Notes under the pieces: model-generated
Seen by the model: the letters and a program-made list of their open reading frames with translations, nothing else
Told to the model about the DNA's origin: nothing
The model's database searches: none
Source: an uncultured Gemmatimonadales bacterium
Lineage (GTDB): Bacteria; Gemmatimonadota; Gemmatimonadetes; Gemmatimonadales; GWC2-71-9
Assembly (NCBI GenBank): GCA_963739455.1
Contig: CAVUAK010000001.1
Span: forward strand, 384,001-448,000
Direction of reading: 5' to 3'
DNA length: 64,000 nt
Shown here: piece by piece, positions 39,450 to 49,650 of the stretch
Layout of the letters: the number at the start of each line of letters is the position of its first letter
Numbering within the stretch: position 1 is the first letter of the stretch
Made by a program: the position numbers and the translations under genes

Positions 39450-42407
39450 TCAGTGAACGGCGGCCGCGCGCTCCCGCGCATGGGCAGCGCGTGGCGCCAT
39501 TGCTGGGTCAGCATTCTTCAGTGCCTGGGCTACGCGCGCCCAGTGCGCCCGCGCGCTGTCCGCATTGCCGGCGGCCTCCCATGCACGGGCCAGTTCCTCG
39601 TGGATCTGCGTGCGGGTCGCGAAGAGGCCGCCGCCATTGCGATAGCCGTGCAGGATCGGCTGCAGCACCGCGACGGCGTCGCGCGGCTTGCCCAGGGAGA
39701 GCAGCGCGTGGCCCAGCTCGATGTCCACGGAGGTGAGCCCGAGGGTGGGCGAGAAGCGCGCGGCGTTGAAGTACTGCACGGCCGACCCGTGGTCGCCGCG
39801 GGCCTGGGCCAGCAGGCCGCGCAGGTAGTTCCCATAGGTGCGGCTCCGCACCAACCCGGAGTCGGCGGTGCGGGCCGCGATGAGGTCGGCCGTCGAGCGG
39901 AGCGCGGTGGTGTCGCCGGCCGCGCCGCGGGCGGATGCCGCGAGCGCCAGCATCGCGACCTGGAGGCGCGTCCGGTTCAGCTCGGTGTCCCGCGGGTCGG
40001 TGAGCGTCGCCGCGGTATCGAACGCCGCCGCCGCCTCCGTGTAGCGACCCATCTCCACCAAAGTCTGCCCCTTGAGCTGCAGCAGCGTCCGCTCCTCTTC
40101 GTAGTCGCGGGCGGCGCCGCGCGGCACCACCTCCCGCCCCTTCGCGACAGCCGCCAGTGCCTCGCGAAAGCGTCCCTGCGCCCGCAGGGAGATTCCGTAC
40201 GAGAACCAGAGGTCGGCGCGATTCACCGCCGTGCCCGAATCGGTGTTGGCCAGCAGGAGCGAGTCGGCCGCGGCGTAGTTCTCGACCAGGAGCAGCATGG
40301 ACCAGCGATACACGACGAGGCTCGCCCCATTCAGTCCCCGCGCCTCGGCATCCTTGATGGCCTGCTCCGCGCCGCTGGTCTTTCCCTGAAGGGCCAGGAT
40401 GGTGCTGAGCGCGGCGTACGGCGCCATCGCCGTCGGCTGTACGACGCTCCACCGCCGAAGCACCCGTTCCGACGCTGGCAGTGAATCGAGCGCGAGATAC
40501 GCGTAGGTGAGGCCGCTGTACGCGTCACAGGCTACGCACTGCCTGGCCCCGGGGCGGACGCCGAGCGAGTCCATGGCGATGACGCGCTCGAAAACGGGAA
40601 TTGCCTCGAGATAGCGCCGGTCACGCGTGAGCGCCTGCGCCCGCCAATAGTGGCCATCCACCTCGTTGGGAAAGCGAATGGACAGGGTCTCGGCCACCGC
40701 GAGGAACGAGGGATCACTCACCGCGAAGCCCCACCCCGAGCGGATGTAGAGCCGGTCGCGCGCACTCGCCCGGTCGCTGAGGGCGAGCGCGCGGCGCAGG
40801 TACGTGAAGCGATCGCCGAGGTCGGCTGATGAGACGCCGAGATAGTACGCGGCCATAGCGAAAGTCGAGTCCTCGCCCAGCGCCAGCTTGAACATCGTCG
40901 AGGCCGCGCCCATCTCGCCGCGGGAGAACGCCCGCAGGCCCGCGTCGTAGAAGCGATACGCTGCTTCCGACTGCGTGCTCACGCTGGCGAGCGTGCCCTC
41001 GGGAGACCCCGCGCCCGCGGCCGCGCTCAGGTCGCGCGTGGCACTGTCGGCCAGCGCGAAAAGGTCAGTGCCTTCCACTGCGAGGGCCGACTCCACACTG
41101 CCCGACGCCAGGCTCACCCGCCGCAAGTCGAGTCGCAGGCGACCCTCGCCCAGCTCATAGAGCGCACCATCCACCAGCTCCGTGGCGCCACTGAGCCGCG
41201 CCGCGCGAGCAATGGCGCCGGCGGTGGTGTCCCCCTCGCGCTGCAGCTGCGCAATGACCTCGTACATGCGGCTCGTGCTCACGACCTCGAAGCCATGCAC
41301 CCGGGCGAGGTTGGTGGCGAGCATGTCCCCGAGCGGGGCGGAGCGGTCACCTGTCTTCGACCGGGTGTAGTCGGCGATCCGGCCGACGGCGAGCACGGAC
41401 GGCGCACCCGGCTTGCGATCGGCGCGCGCGGGATGTCGCTGGGCGGCATAGGCGAACGCGGCGAGGGCCGACACACCCGCCACCAGCCATACAACTCGAG
41501 AGCGGAGCCAGCTGCGCTTCTCCCTGGCCACAGCGGGAGCCGCACTCCTTGCCGTGCCCGATGGCAGCGCCATCGCCGCCCAGCCCGAGGTCACCACCAT
41601 CGCATGTGCATCGCTTGGTGTGTGAGCCGGCTCCACGGGAGGGGTGACGACGGGCGTGGCCGCAGGCACCGGTGGCCCTGCCGGGACGGCGCGAAACGCC
41701 CCCCGCCGGACCTCCTCAGCGAGAGCCGCGATGCGGGGGTCGGGCGCCACGCCCAGCTCCGCCTGGTAGAACGCAGCGAAGATCTCCGACTGGCGCAGGG
41801 CAGCGGCCTCGTCACCACCCGCCACCTGTGCCCGCATCAACTGCTCCACGCTGCGCGCGTTGAGCGGATCGAGGGCCGCGAGACGCCGGCACCACGCCAC
41901 GGCGCCGGCGTGGTCCCGGCGTTCAGTGGCCCGCGCCGCCAGCGTCTCCAGCACCTCGGCGTAGTCGTGGGTAAGCGCCGCCCGCTCCTGTTCCGCCCAG
42001 CGCTCGAATTCAGGGACGCCTGGCAGGTTGAAGCCGTGCAGGAACGGGCCACCCCACAGCTCGGCCGCCGCCTCGAGCCGCCCGGCGGCCCGCGCCTCGC
42101 CGAACAGCCGCACGTCCGAATCCACGAGCGCGGGATCCATCCGCAGGTCGCGCGTGCCGCTGATCGCATCTTCGCTTCCCAGGTCGCGGCGAAGCGCGTA
42201 CAGGGCCTGGTTGAGCGTGCGCCGTCCGCGCTCCTCGTCGGCGTCGGGCCAGAGCATCGCCAGCACGTGATCCCGGCTCACGCCGCGCGATCCCGCCCGC
42301 GCCAGCAGCGCCAGGATCGCGAGCCGGCGCGGCTGCTGCGCCGCCCCACTCAGGGAACGGTCGCCGTCGTATACCCCGAGTTCGCCCAGCGTCCTGATCA
42401 GCAGCAC
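39450..42407 (-). CDS. Transmembrane SARP/BTAD regulator with TPR-rich C-terminal domain (paralog B)
   Basis: Co-linear with paralog A (985 vs 981 aa), near-identical N-terminal motifs, TM VVWLVAGVSALAAFAYAA. Confidence 0.88.
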   Translation of the reverse strand: MLLIRTLGELGVYDGDRSLSGAAQQPRRLAILALLARAGSRGVSRDHVLAMLWPDADEERGRRTLNQALYALRRDLGSEDAISGTRDLRMDPALVDSDVRLFGEARAAGRLEAAAELWGGPFLHGFNLPGVPEFERWAEQERAALTHDYAEVLETLAARATERRDHAGAVAWCRRLAALDPLNARSVEQLMRAQVAGGDEAAALRQSEIFAAFYQAELGVAPDPRIAALAEEVRRGAFRAVPAGPPVPAATPVVTPPVEPAHTPSDAHAMVVTSGWAAMALPSGTARSAAPAVAREKRSWLRSRVVWLVAGVSALAAFAYAAQRHPARADRKPGAPSVLAVGRIADYTRSKTGDRSAPLGDMLATNLARVHGFEVVSTSRMYEVIAQLQREGDTTAGAIARAARLSGATELVDGALYELGEGRLRLDLRRVSLASGSVESALAVEGTDLFALADSATRDLSAAAGAGSPEGTLASVSTQSEAAYRFYDAGLRAFSRGEMGAASTMFKLALGEDSTFAMAAYYLGVSSADLGDRFTYLRRALALSDRASARDRLYIRSGWGFAVSDPSFLAVAETLSIRFPNEVDGHYWRAQALTRDRRYLEAIPVFERVIAMDSLGVRPGARQCVACDAYSGLTYAYLALDSLPASERVLRRWSVVQPTAMAPYAALSTILALQGKTSGAEQAIKDAEARGLNGASLVVYRWSMLLLVENYAAADSLLLANTDSGTAVNRADLWFSYGISLRAQGRFREALAAVAKGREVVPRGAARDYEEERTLLQLKGQTLVEMGRYTEAAAAFDTAATLTDPRDTELNRTRLQVAMLALAASARGAAGDTTALRSTADLIAARTADSGLVRSRTYGNYLRGLLAQARGDHGSAVQYFNAARFSPTLGLTSVDIELGHALLSLGKPRDAVAVLQPILHGYRNGGGLFATRTQIHEELARAWEAAGNADSARAHWARVAQALKNADPAMAPRAAHARERAAAVH

Positions 42408-42442
42408 GATTTCAGTGTCTCCAGCCTGCTATGCTTCCGCTC

Positions 42443-43774
42443 ATGACAATCTCCGGGATTCTCGGGCGACTCGGTCTCGACCGGCCAGACCTTCGCGCCT
42501 GGGCGATGTACGACTGGGCCATCTCCGGGTTCCAGACGATCGTGATGACGGCAGTGTTCCCGATTTTCTTCGCGCGAGTTCCGGCGGGGCTTCTTTCGCC
42601 ACCGGAAGCTACCGCACGTTACGCCGACCTCAACACCCTGTACCTGGCGGTGGTGGCCCTGCTCTCCCCCGTCCTGGGGGCGGTTGCCGACTACCTGGGC
42701 ATCGCCCGGAAGCTCCTGTTCTGGTTCATGATGCTCGGCGTGGCGGCTACCGCGGGCTTTGCCCTCATCGGGCCCGGCGACCTGCAGCTGGCCTCGGTGC
42801 TGTTCGTGCTTGCCATGATCGGCGCCACCACGAGCTTCGTGTTCTACGAATCCCTGCTGCCCCGCCTGGCCGCGCCCTCCGAGGTCGACCGGGTCTCCAG
42901 CGCAGGCTACGCACTCGGCTATATCGGTGGCGGAATCCTGCTCGCCGCCTGCCTCGTGGCCATCCAGTTCCCCCAGGCGGTGGGTCTCGGCGCCGGCGGC
43001 CGCGGGCTCGCCACGCGCCTCACCTTCGTGGCAACCGCCGCGTGGTGGCTCATCTTCTCCATTCCGCTCTTTCGGCGCGTTCCCGAATTGCCGCGGCTCA
43101 TCGAGAAGGATGAGTCACTGCGCGAGAACCCGGTGCGCGCCGCCTTCGTGCGCCTCGGGGAGACCTTCCGCTCGCTCCGGGAGTTTCGCCAGGCCTTCCT
43201 GCTGCTCGCCGCGTTCCTCATCTACAACGACGGCATCCAGACCATCATCAAGATGGCCACCGCCTATGGCGCCGAGATCGGCATTCCCGACAGTGCCATG
43301 ATGCTCGCCATCCTCATCGTGCAGTTCGTGGGAGTGCCCTGCGCCTTCCTCTTCGGCGCCCTGGCCGGTCGCATCGGCGCCAAGCCCGCGATCCTCCTCG
43401 GCCTCGCCGTTTACACGCTGATCAGTATCGTGGGCTATCACATGCGCACCGCCGGCCAGTTTTTCGTGCTGGCGGCGATGGTCGGCCTGGTGCAGGGAGG
43501 CACCCAGGCGCTGAGCCGGTCTCTCTTCGCTTCCATGACCCCGGCGCACAAGTCCGCCGAGTTCTTTGGCTTCTACAGTGTCTTCGAGAAGTTCGCCGGC
43601 ATCTTCGGGCCCCTCTTCTTCGCGATCTCGATCCGGATGACCGGCTCCAGCCGCAACGCCATCCTGTCGGTCATCGCCTTCTTCGTGGTAGGCGGGTTCA
43701 TGCTGCTCTTCGTGAAGGTGGACGAGGGCCGGCGCGCCGCCCGTGAGGCAGAGGCACTGGTCACCACCTTGTGA
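42443..43774 (+). CDS. MFS transporter (UMF1/ATG22-like)
   Basis: WAMYDWA, FYESLL, YNDGIQTII, GGTQALSRS and EFFGFY. Confidence 0.92.
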   Translation: MTISGILGRLGLDRPDLRAWAMYDWAISGFQTIVMTAVFPIFFARVPAGLLSPPEATARYADLNTLYLAVVALLSPVLGAVADYLGIARKLLFWFMMLGVAATAGFALIGPGDLQLASVLFVLAMIGATTSFVFYESLLPRLAAPSEVDRVSSAGYALGYIGGGILLAACLVAIQFPQAVGLGAGGRGLATRLTFVATAAWWLIFSIPLFRRVPELPRLIEKDESLRENPVRAAFVRLGETFRSLREFRQAFLLLAAFLIYNDGIQTIIKMATAYGAEIGIPDSAMMLAILIVQFVGVPCAFLFGALAGRIGAKPAILLGLAVYTLISIVGYHMRTAGQFFVLAAMVGLVQGGTQALSRSLFASMTPAHKSAEFFGFYSVFEKFAGIFGPLFFAISIRMTGSSRNAILSVIAFFVVGGFMLLFVKVDEGRRAAREAEALVTTL

Positions 43775-43803
43775 CGATGCGCGCCGACCCGGCATTCTTG
43801 TGC

Positions 43804-44807
43804 ATGGATGTCCTCGAACTCACTCGCGCACTCGTGCGCATCGACTCGACCACCGGCCGGGAAGGCCCCGTGGCCGAGCTTCTCGCCACGCCTGCTGGAG
43901 CAGCGTGGCTGGACGGTGGTGCGCCAGCCGGTGCTCGATGGCCGGTTCAATGTCTACGCCCGCCTGGGCCAGCCGGTGGTGGTGTTCTCCACCCACCTCG
44001 ACACCGTGCCGCCCTTCATCGACCTGCGGGAGGACGACACCTGGCTCCACGGCCGGGGCACCTGCGACGCGAAGGGGCTCGCTGCCGCGATGATCGCCGC
44101 CGCCGAGCGGCTTCGCGCGTCCGGGGAGGAGCGGATCGGGCTGCTCTTCGTGGTGGGCGAGGAGAATGGGTCCGAGGGTGCCGCGGCAGCCGCGACCCTC
44201 GAGCCGCGCGGGCGCTTCCTGATCAACGGTGAGCCGACCGAGAACCAGCTCACGATTGGGCAGAAGGGCGTCCTTCGCGCCGACCTCGTCGCCACCGGTC
44301 GCGCCGCGCACTCGGCCTATCCCGCCGAGGGCGAGTCAGCCATCGTGCCGCTGCTGGAGACCCTGCAGCGCGTGCAGCGCATCACCCTCCCGTCCCATCC
44401 GGTGCTCGGCGACATGACGCTCAACATCGGCACCATCGAGGGTGGCAGGGCACCCAACGTCATTCCCGATCATGCGAGAGCGAAGCTCCTGTTCCGCACG
44501 GTGCTTCCGCATGACGACCTGAAGCGCGCGCTCGAGGCATGCCTCGCACCCCGCGTGACCGTTGACGTATCCGCTGGAGATTCCCAGCGTCGTGTCAACG
44601 GCGCCGAAAGGATGGCAGACGACTGTGGTGAGCTTTGCCAGTGACCTCCCCTTCCTCGCCGCCTGGGGTGAGGGCTACCAGCTCGGGCCGGGCACGATTC
44701 GCGTCGCGCACACCGAGGACGAGCGGATCAGCAAGGCCGACCTCGAGCAGGGCATCGCGCTCTACGAGAAGCTGGCCCGCGACCTCCTGGCCCGGGGGGC
44801 GGCATGA
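43804..44807 (+). CDS. M20 peptidase (ArgE/DapE-like deacylase), frameshifts near 43890 and 44570
   Basis: STHLDTVPP, GRGTCDAKG, VGEE, NGEPT, AAHS and GPGTIRVAHT; heads the dap operon. Confidence 0.85.
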
Positions 44808-45865
44808 CAACGCGCAGTTCCCGTCGCCGTCCTCGGCGCCACCGGAACGGTCGGGCAGAAGTTCGTCCGCCTCCTGGCCGACCATCCCTGGTTCGAGCTC
44901 GTGGCCGTCGCCGCGTCCGGGCAGAGTGCCGGCCGGACCTACGGCGAGGTCGTGCGCTGGCGCGAGACCACCCCGCTGCCCCACCGCATCGCCGACATGG
45001 TGGTGCAGCGGAGTGCCCCGCCCCTCGATGCGCGCGTCGTCTTCTCGGCGCTCGACGCCGAGGTGGCGGGCGACATCGAGCAGGCGTTCGCGCGGGCCGG
45101 CGCCATCGTGGTCACCAACACGCGGGTCCACCGCATGGATCCAGACGTGCCGCTCGTGGTGCCGGAGGTGAACGCGCAGCACGTCGGCCTCATCGACATC
45201 CAGCGGAAGGAGCGCGGGTGGAGCGGCGCGATCCTCGCCAACCCCAACTGCTCCACCGCGGCGCTCGTGGTGGCGCTCGCCCCGCTGCACGCCGCGTTCG
45301 GCATCGAGAAGGTCTTCGTGGCCACCATGCAGGCGGCGTCCGGCGCGGGATACCCCGGCGTGGCGTCGCTCGACATCATGGCAAACGTGATCCCGTTCAT
45401 TGGCGGCGAGGAAGAGAAGATGGAGCGGGAGACGCTCAAGATCCTCGGGACACTCGGCGGCGGCAGCGTCTCCCCGGCCTCGATCACGCTGTCGGCGCAC
45501 TGCAATCGCGTTCCCGTCATCGATGGCCACCTGGAGGTGGTCTCGGTCGGCTTCCGCAATGCGCCCACAGTGGAGGCGGCGACGCGAGGCATTCAGCCGC
45601 TTCGCCGGATCCGACATTGTCCGCTCGCTGCCGAGCTCGCCCACCCCCGTCATCGAGGTTGAGCAACGGCCCGACCGGCCCCAGCCCCGGCTCGACATCG
45701 AGCGCGGCGGCGGCATGGCAGTCACCGTGGGCCGCGTGCGCCCCTGTTCCCTGCTCGACCTGCGCTTCGTGGTGCTCGGCCACAACACCATTCGCGGCGC
45801 CGCCGGCGCCGCGGTGCAGATCGCCGAGTTGCTCAAGGCCGAGGGCCGCTCGTGCCGTCGCATGA
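44804..45865 (+). CDS. asd: Aspartate-semialdehyde dehydrogenase (frameshifts near 44815, 45590 and probably 45850)
   Basis: VLGATGTVGQ, VPEVN, NPNCST, QAASGAGYPG, CNRVPVIDGH and HNTIRGAAG. Confidence 0.9.
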   Translation: MTTRSSRRRPRRHRNGRAEVRPPPGRPSLVRARGRRRVRAECRPDLRRGRALARDHPAAPPHRRHGGAAECPAPRCARRLLGARRRGGGRHRAGVRAGRRHRGHQHAGPPHGSRRAARGAGGERAARRPHRHPAEGARVERRDPRQPQLLHRGARGGARPAARRVRHREGLRGHHAGGVRRGIPRRGVARHHGKRDPVHWRRGREDGAGDAQDPRDTRRRQRLPGLDHAVGALQSRSRHRWPPGGGLGRLPQCAHSGGGDARHSAASPDPTLSARCRARPPPSSRLSNGPTGPSPGSTSSAAAAWQSPWAACAPVPCSTCASWCSATTPFAAPPAPRCRSPSCSRPRAARAVA

Positions 45866-47214
45866 TCGTCTGCAAGTTCGGCGGCACCTCGGTGCAGGAT
45901 GCGCCAGCGATCCTTCGCCTGGCGACGATCGTCGCCGCGAGGCAGCATGAGCGCCCCGTCGTCGTGGTGTCCGCGCTGGCCCGTGTCACCGACAGCCTCG
46001 TCTCGCTCGCCGACAGCGTGCGCCAGGGTCACGCGGCGGCGCTCGAGGCCACGCTGGAGACGCTGCAGGATCGGCATCGCGCTGTTGCCGGGACGCTGAA
46101 GGGCGGCGAGTCGGCACTACCGGCGCTCGATGCCGGGTTCGCGGAACTCCGTCGCGTGCTCCGGCCTGCCATTGGGCGGGTACTGACGCCCGCTGAGCGC
46201 GACTTCCTGCTGGGCCAGGGCGAGCTCTGGAGTTCGCGGCTGGTCGAGGCGGCGCTGCGGCAGGTCGGCATCCCGGTCGAGTGGGTGGACGCCCGCCAGG
46301 TCATCATCACCGACGACCGGCATGGTCGCGCCACCCCGCTGCTCGACGCGATCCGTGCGGCGGCGCAGCGCATTGTCGCTCCCCTCCTGGCAGATGGCCG
46401 CGTTCCGCTCACGCAGGGATTCATCGGTGCCACCGCCGAGGGGCGCCCCACCGTTCTCGGACGCGGCGGATCCGACTTCACCGCGTCGCTGCTCGGCGCC
46501 GCGCTCGATGCGCTTCGGGTCGAGATCTGGACCGACGTGAACGGCCTCATGACCGCCGACCCGCGGATCGTCCCTGAAGCGCGGACCCTGGCCTCGGCCA
46601 CCTATGACGAAGCGGCCGAGCTGGCGACCTTCGGCGCCAAGGTGCTGCATCCGGCCACCCAGCTGCCGCTGGCCGCCGCCGGCATTCCGATCGTGATCCT
46701 CAACGCCCAGCACCCCGACAATCCCGGCACCATCATCGGGCTCACGCGCGCCTCGGCACTCCGTGCCGACGGACCGATCGGGTCGATCTCCTGGAAGCCG
46801 GGCACCATCCTGGTCAACGTGCGGGCCCCCAGGATGCTCGGCGCGTACGGATTCCTGCGGCAGCTGTTCGAGGTCTTCGAGCGCCATGACGTGCCGGTGG
46901 ACGTGCTCGCCAGCAGCGAAGTGAGCGTGTCGCTCACCGTCGAGGATGCGAGCCGCATCAACGCCCTGGTGCGCGACCTCGCACCGCTCGGGGAGGTCAC
47001 GGTCAGTGAGGGCCGGGCCATCGTCGCGGTGGTGGGTCACGGCATGCTGTCGTCACCCGGGCTGGCCGCCCGAGTGTTCGCCGCAGTGCAGCCGGCCAAC
47101 ATCGAGGTCATCTCGCAGGGCGCGTCGGCCACCAACCTGACCTTCGTGGTCAAGGAAGCTGATGGCCCTGCGATCGTGCAGCGTCTTCACCGCGAATTCT
47201 TCGGGAGCAACTGA
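45862..47214 (+). CDS. lysC: Aspartate kinase (LysC type)
   Basis: MIVCKFGGTSV, VVVSA, LGRGGSD, IWTDV, FGAKVLHP and two ACT domains. Confidence 0.95.
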   Translation: MIVCKFGGTSVQDAPAILRLATIVAARQHERPVVVVSALARVTDSLVSLADSVRQGHAAALEATLETLQDRHRAVAGTLKGGESALPALDAGFAELRRVLRPAIGRVLTPAERDFLLGQGELWSSRLVEAALRQVGIPVEWVDARQVIITDDRHGRATPLLDAIRAAAQRIVAPLLADGRVPLTQGFIGATAEGRPTVLGRGGSDFTASLLGAALDALRVEIWTDVNGLMTADPRIVPEARTLASATYDEAAELATFGAKVLHPATQLPLAAAGIPIVILNAQHPDNPGTIIGLTRASALRADGPIGSISWKPGTILVNVRAPRMLGAYGFLRQLFEVFERHDVPVDVLASSEVSVSLTVEDASRINALVRDLAPLGEVTVSEGRAIVAVVGHGMLSSPGLAARVFAAVQPANIEVISQGASATNLTFVVKEADGPAIVQRLHREFFGSN

Positions 47215-47910
47215 GTGCGAGCGGTCGTGATCGGTACGGGCCGGATGGGACGTTCGGTGCAGGCGGCACTCGATGCGCGCGGGCACTCCATCGCCGCGAT
47301 GGTAGGCAGCCACGAGAATGCAGGCGGCGCAGCGCTGGTACCGGCGCGACTCACGGGGGTCGACGTCGCCCTCGAGTTCACCACGGCCGGTACCGCGCCG
47401 GCCAACGTCGCGCGCCTCCTCGCCGCCGGCATCCCGGTGGTGTGCGGCACCACTGGCTGGGACGACCAGGTGCCGTCGCTCGAGGCCCTGGCCCGGGCGC
47501 GCATGGGCGCACTGCTCATTGCCGCCAATTTCTCGATCGGCGTGCATGTCATGCTGCACGCCGCTCGCACCATGGCGGCCGCCTTCAAGGACCGTCCGGA
47601 GTTCGAGGGGCTCATCATCGACACGCACCACCGGCTCAAGCGTGACGCGCCCTCCGGGACCGGGCTCGCTGTCCAGCGGGCGGCACGGGAGGCCGGTGGT
47701 CGCGATGTCCCCGTCACGTCGATCCGCGCTGGCGCCGTTCCCGGCACGCACGAGCTCCGCTACGAGGGACCGTTCGAGAGTCTCTCGCTCGAGCATGTCG
47801 CGCGCGACCGCAGCGTGTTCGGCACCGGCGCCGTGCTGGCGGCGGAATGGCTCGTGGGACGCACCGGCGTCTTCACGTTCGAGGATGTGCTCTTCGGGAA
47901 GCGCGCATGA
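47215..47910 (+). CDS. dapB: 4-hydroxy-tetrahydrodipicolinate reductase
   Basis: GTGRMG, GTTGW, NFSIG and HHRLKRDAPSGT. Confidence 0.95.
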   Translation: MRAVVIGTGRMGRSVQAALDARGHSIAAMVGSHENAGGAALVPARLTGVDVALEFTTAGTAPANVARLLAAGIPVVCGTTGWDDQVPSLEALARARMGALLIAANFSIGVHVMLHAARTMAAAFKDRPEFEGLIIDTHHRLKRDAPSGTGLAVQRAAREAGGRDVPVTSIRAGAVPGTHELRYEGPFESLSLEHVARDRSVFGTGAVLAAEWLVGRTGVFTFEDVLFGKRA

Positions 47911-48797
47911 CAGTCCTCGGCGGTTGTGGCACCGCCATCGTGACACCCTTCACCGACGATGGTGCCGTGGACTGGCCGGCGTTGCGCGCGCTCGTGGAGT
48001 GGCAGGTGGCCGAGGGGATCGACTTCATCGCGGCGTGCGGCACCACCGGCGAGGCACAGACCCTCACCGACGACGAGCGCGCGAGGGTCGTCTCCGCCAC
48101 GCGGCAGGCCGTCGCGGGCCGCGTGCCGGTCATGGCGGGCGCCACCAGCAACGACACCCGGCGCGCCGTGGAAGAGGTCCGTCGCATGTGCGACGCCGGC
48201 GCCGACGTCATCCTCACGGCGTCGCCGTACTACAACCGCCCCACCCAGGACGGCCTGCGCCGCCACTTCGAGACGGTGGCCGACGCGAGCGCGCGACCGG
48301 TGGTGCTCTACAACGTGCCCGGGCGGGCCGGCGTCAACCTGCTTCCTGCCACCGCGGTCGCCATCGCGGCACACCCCAACGTCATCGGGATCAAGGAAGC
48401 CGCGGGTGACATGCACCAGGCTCTCGAGCTGTTGCGGCTCCGCCCTGCCGGCTTCCTCGTGTTCTCCGGCGACGACTGGATGGCGCTGCCACTCTGTGCC
48501 TGCGGCGGTGATGGGCTCATTTCGGTCGCATCAAACGAACTGCCACGGGAGCTCACCGAACTGGTGCGCCTCGCGCGCACCGGCGACCTCGCCGCCGCCC
48601 GCGCGCTCCTCTGGAAGCTGCAGCCGCTTCTCGATGCCAACTTCATCGAGTCCAATCCCATCCCGGTGAAGGCGGCGCTCGCCGCCATGGGCCGTGTCCG
48701 CAACGTGCTCCGCCTTCCGCTCGTTCCGGCACAGCCCGCAACTGCGGCACGCCTGCGCCAGGAGTTGACGCGTCTCAACGTGAGGCTTGATCCATGA
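47907..48797 (+). CDS. dapA: 4-hydroxy-tetrahydrodipicolinate synthase
   Basis: AIVTPF, GTTGE, PYYNRP, LYNVPGR, GIKEA and ESNPIPVK. Confidence 0.97.
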   Translation: MTVLGGCGTAIVTPFTDDGAVDWPALRALVEWQVAEGIDFIAACGTTGEAQTLTDDERARVVSATRQAVAGRVPVMAGATSNDTRRAVEEVRRMCDAGADVILTASPYYNRPTQDGLRRHFETVADASARPVVLYNVPGRAGVNLLPATAVAIAAHPNVIGIKEAAGDMHQALELLRLRPAGFLVFSGDDWMALPLCACGGDGLISVASNELPRELTELVRLARTGDLAAARALLWKLQPLLDANFIESNPIPVKAALAAMGRVRNVLRLPLVPAQPATAARLRQELTRLNVRLDP

Positions 48798-49645
48798 CCG
48801 GCACGGCTGCGAAGGACCTCAAGTCGCGCATCGAGCGGTATGTCGGCGCCGTGCCCACGGGCGAGGAGCGCGCCGCGCGCGAGGCGATTGACGCGCTGCG
48901 CGATGCGCTCGCTACCGGCAGCGTGCGCGCGGCCCAGCGGAACGCCGACGGTGTCTGGCACGCCAACAGCTGGGTCAAGGCGGGCATCCTCCTCGGCTTT
49001 CGCCTGGGCGCGGTGGTGCCGGTGGCGGAGGGTGGCCCGTTCACCTTCTTCGACAAGGACACCTGGCCCGTCCGGAAGCTGCGCATCACCGATGGCATCC
49101 GCATGGTGCCGGGTGGCTCGGCGATCCGCGACGGCGCATACGTGGCGCGCAGCGTCGTCTGCATGCCACCGATGTACATCAACGTCGGCGCGTACGTCGA
49201 TGAGGGCACGATGGTGGACAGCCACGCACTGGTCGGGTCGTGCGCCCAGATCGGCAAGCGGGTGCACCTGTCGGCGGCGGCACAGATCGGCGGCGTGCTC
49301 GAACCGGCCAACGCACTTCCGGTGATCATCGAGGACGATGCGATGATCGGCGGCAACTGCGGAGTCTATGAGGGAACAATCGTCCGCGAGCGCGCGGTGC
49401 TGGCACCCGGCGTCATCCTCACCGGCTCGACGCCGGTGTACGACCTGGTGCATGGGCGCATCTACCGGCGCGAAGGCGAACGCCCGCTGGAGATTCCGGC
49501 GGGCGCCGTGGTGGTGCCTGGTTCACGCCCGGTCCGCACCGGACCGGGTGCCGCGGCCGGAGTGCACCTCTACGCCCCGGTGATCGTGAAGTACCGGGAT
49601 GAGCGCACCGATGCCGCAGTGAGGATCGAGGAACTGCTGCGGTAG
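48794..49645 (+). CDS. dapD: Tetrahydrodipicolinate N-succinyltransferase
   Basis: WVKAGILLGF, INVGAYVDEGTMVD, GSCAQIG and IGGVLEP. Confidence 0.95.
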   Translation: MTGTAAKDLKSRIERYVGAVPTGEERAAREAIDALRDALATGSVRAAQRNADGVWHANSWVKAGILLGFRLGAVVPVAEGGPFTFFDKDTWPVRKLRITDGIRMVPGGSAIRDGAYVARSVVCMPPMYINVGAYVDEGTMVDSHALVGSCAQIGKRVHLSAAAQIGGVLEPANALPVIIEDDAMIGGNCGVYEGTIVRERAVLAPGVILTGSTPVYDLVHGRIYRREGERPLEIPAGAVVVPGSRPVRTGPGAAAGVHLYAPVIVKYRDERTDAAVRIEELLR

Positions 49646-49650
49646 TGCGC

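Noticed and set aside
45400..47214. Apparent Asd-LysC fusion ORF
   Set aside because: lysC has its own ATG at 45862 in an ATGA overlap, as elsewhere in the operon, and asd already carries other indels. The fusion is most likely an indel artefact.
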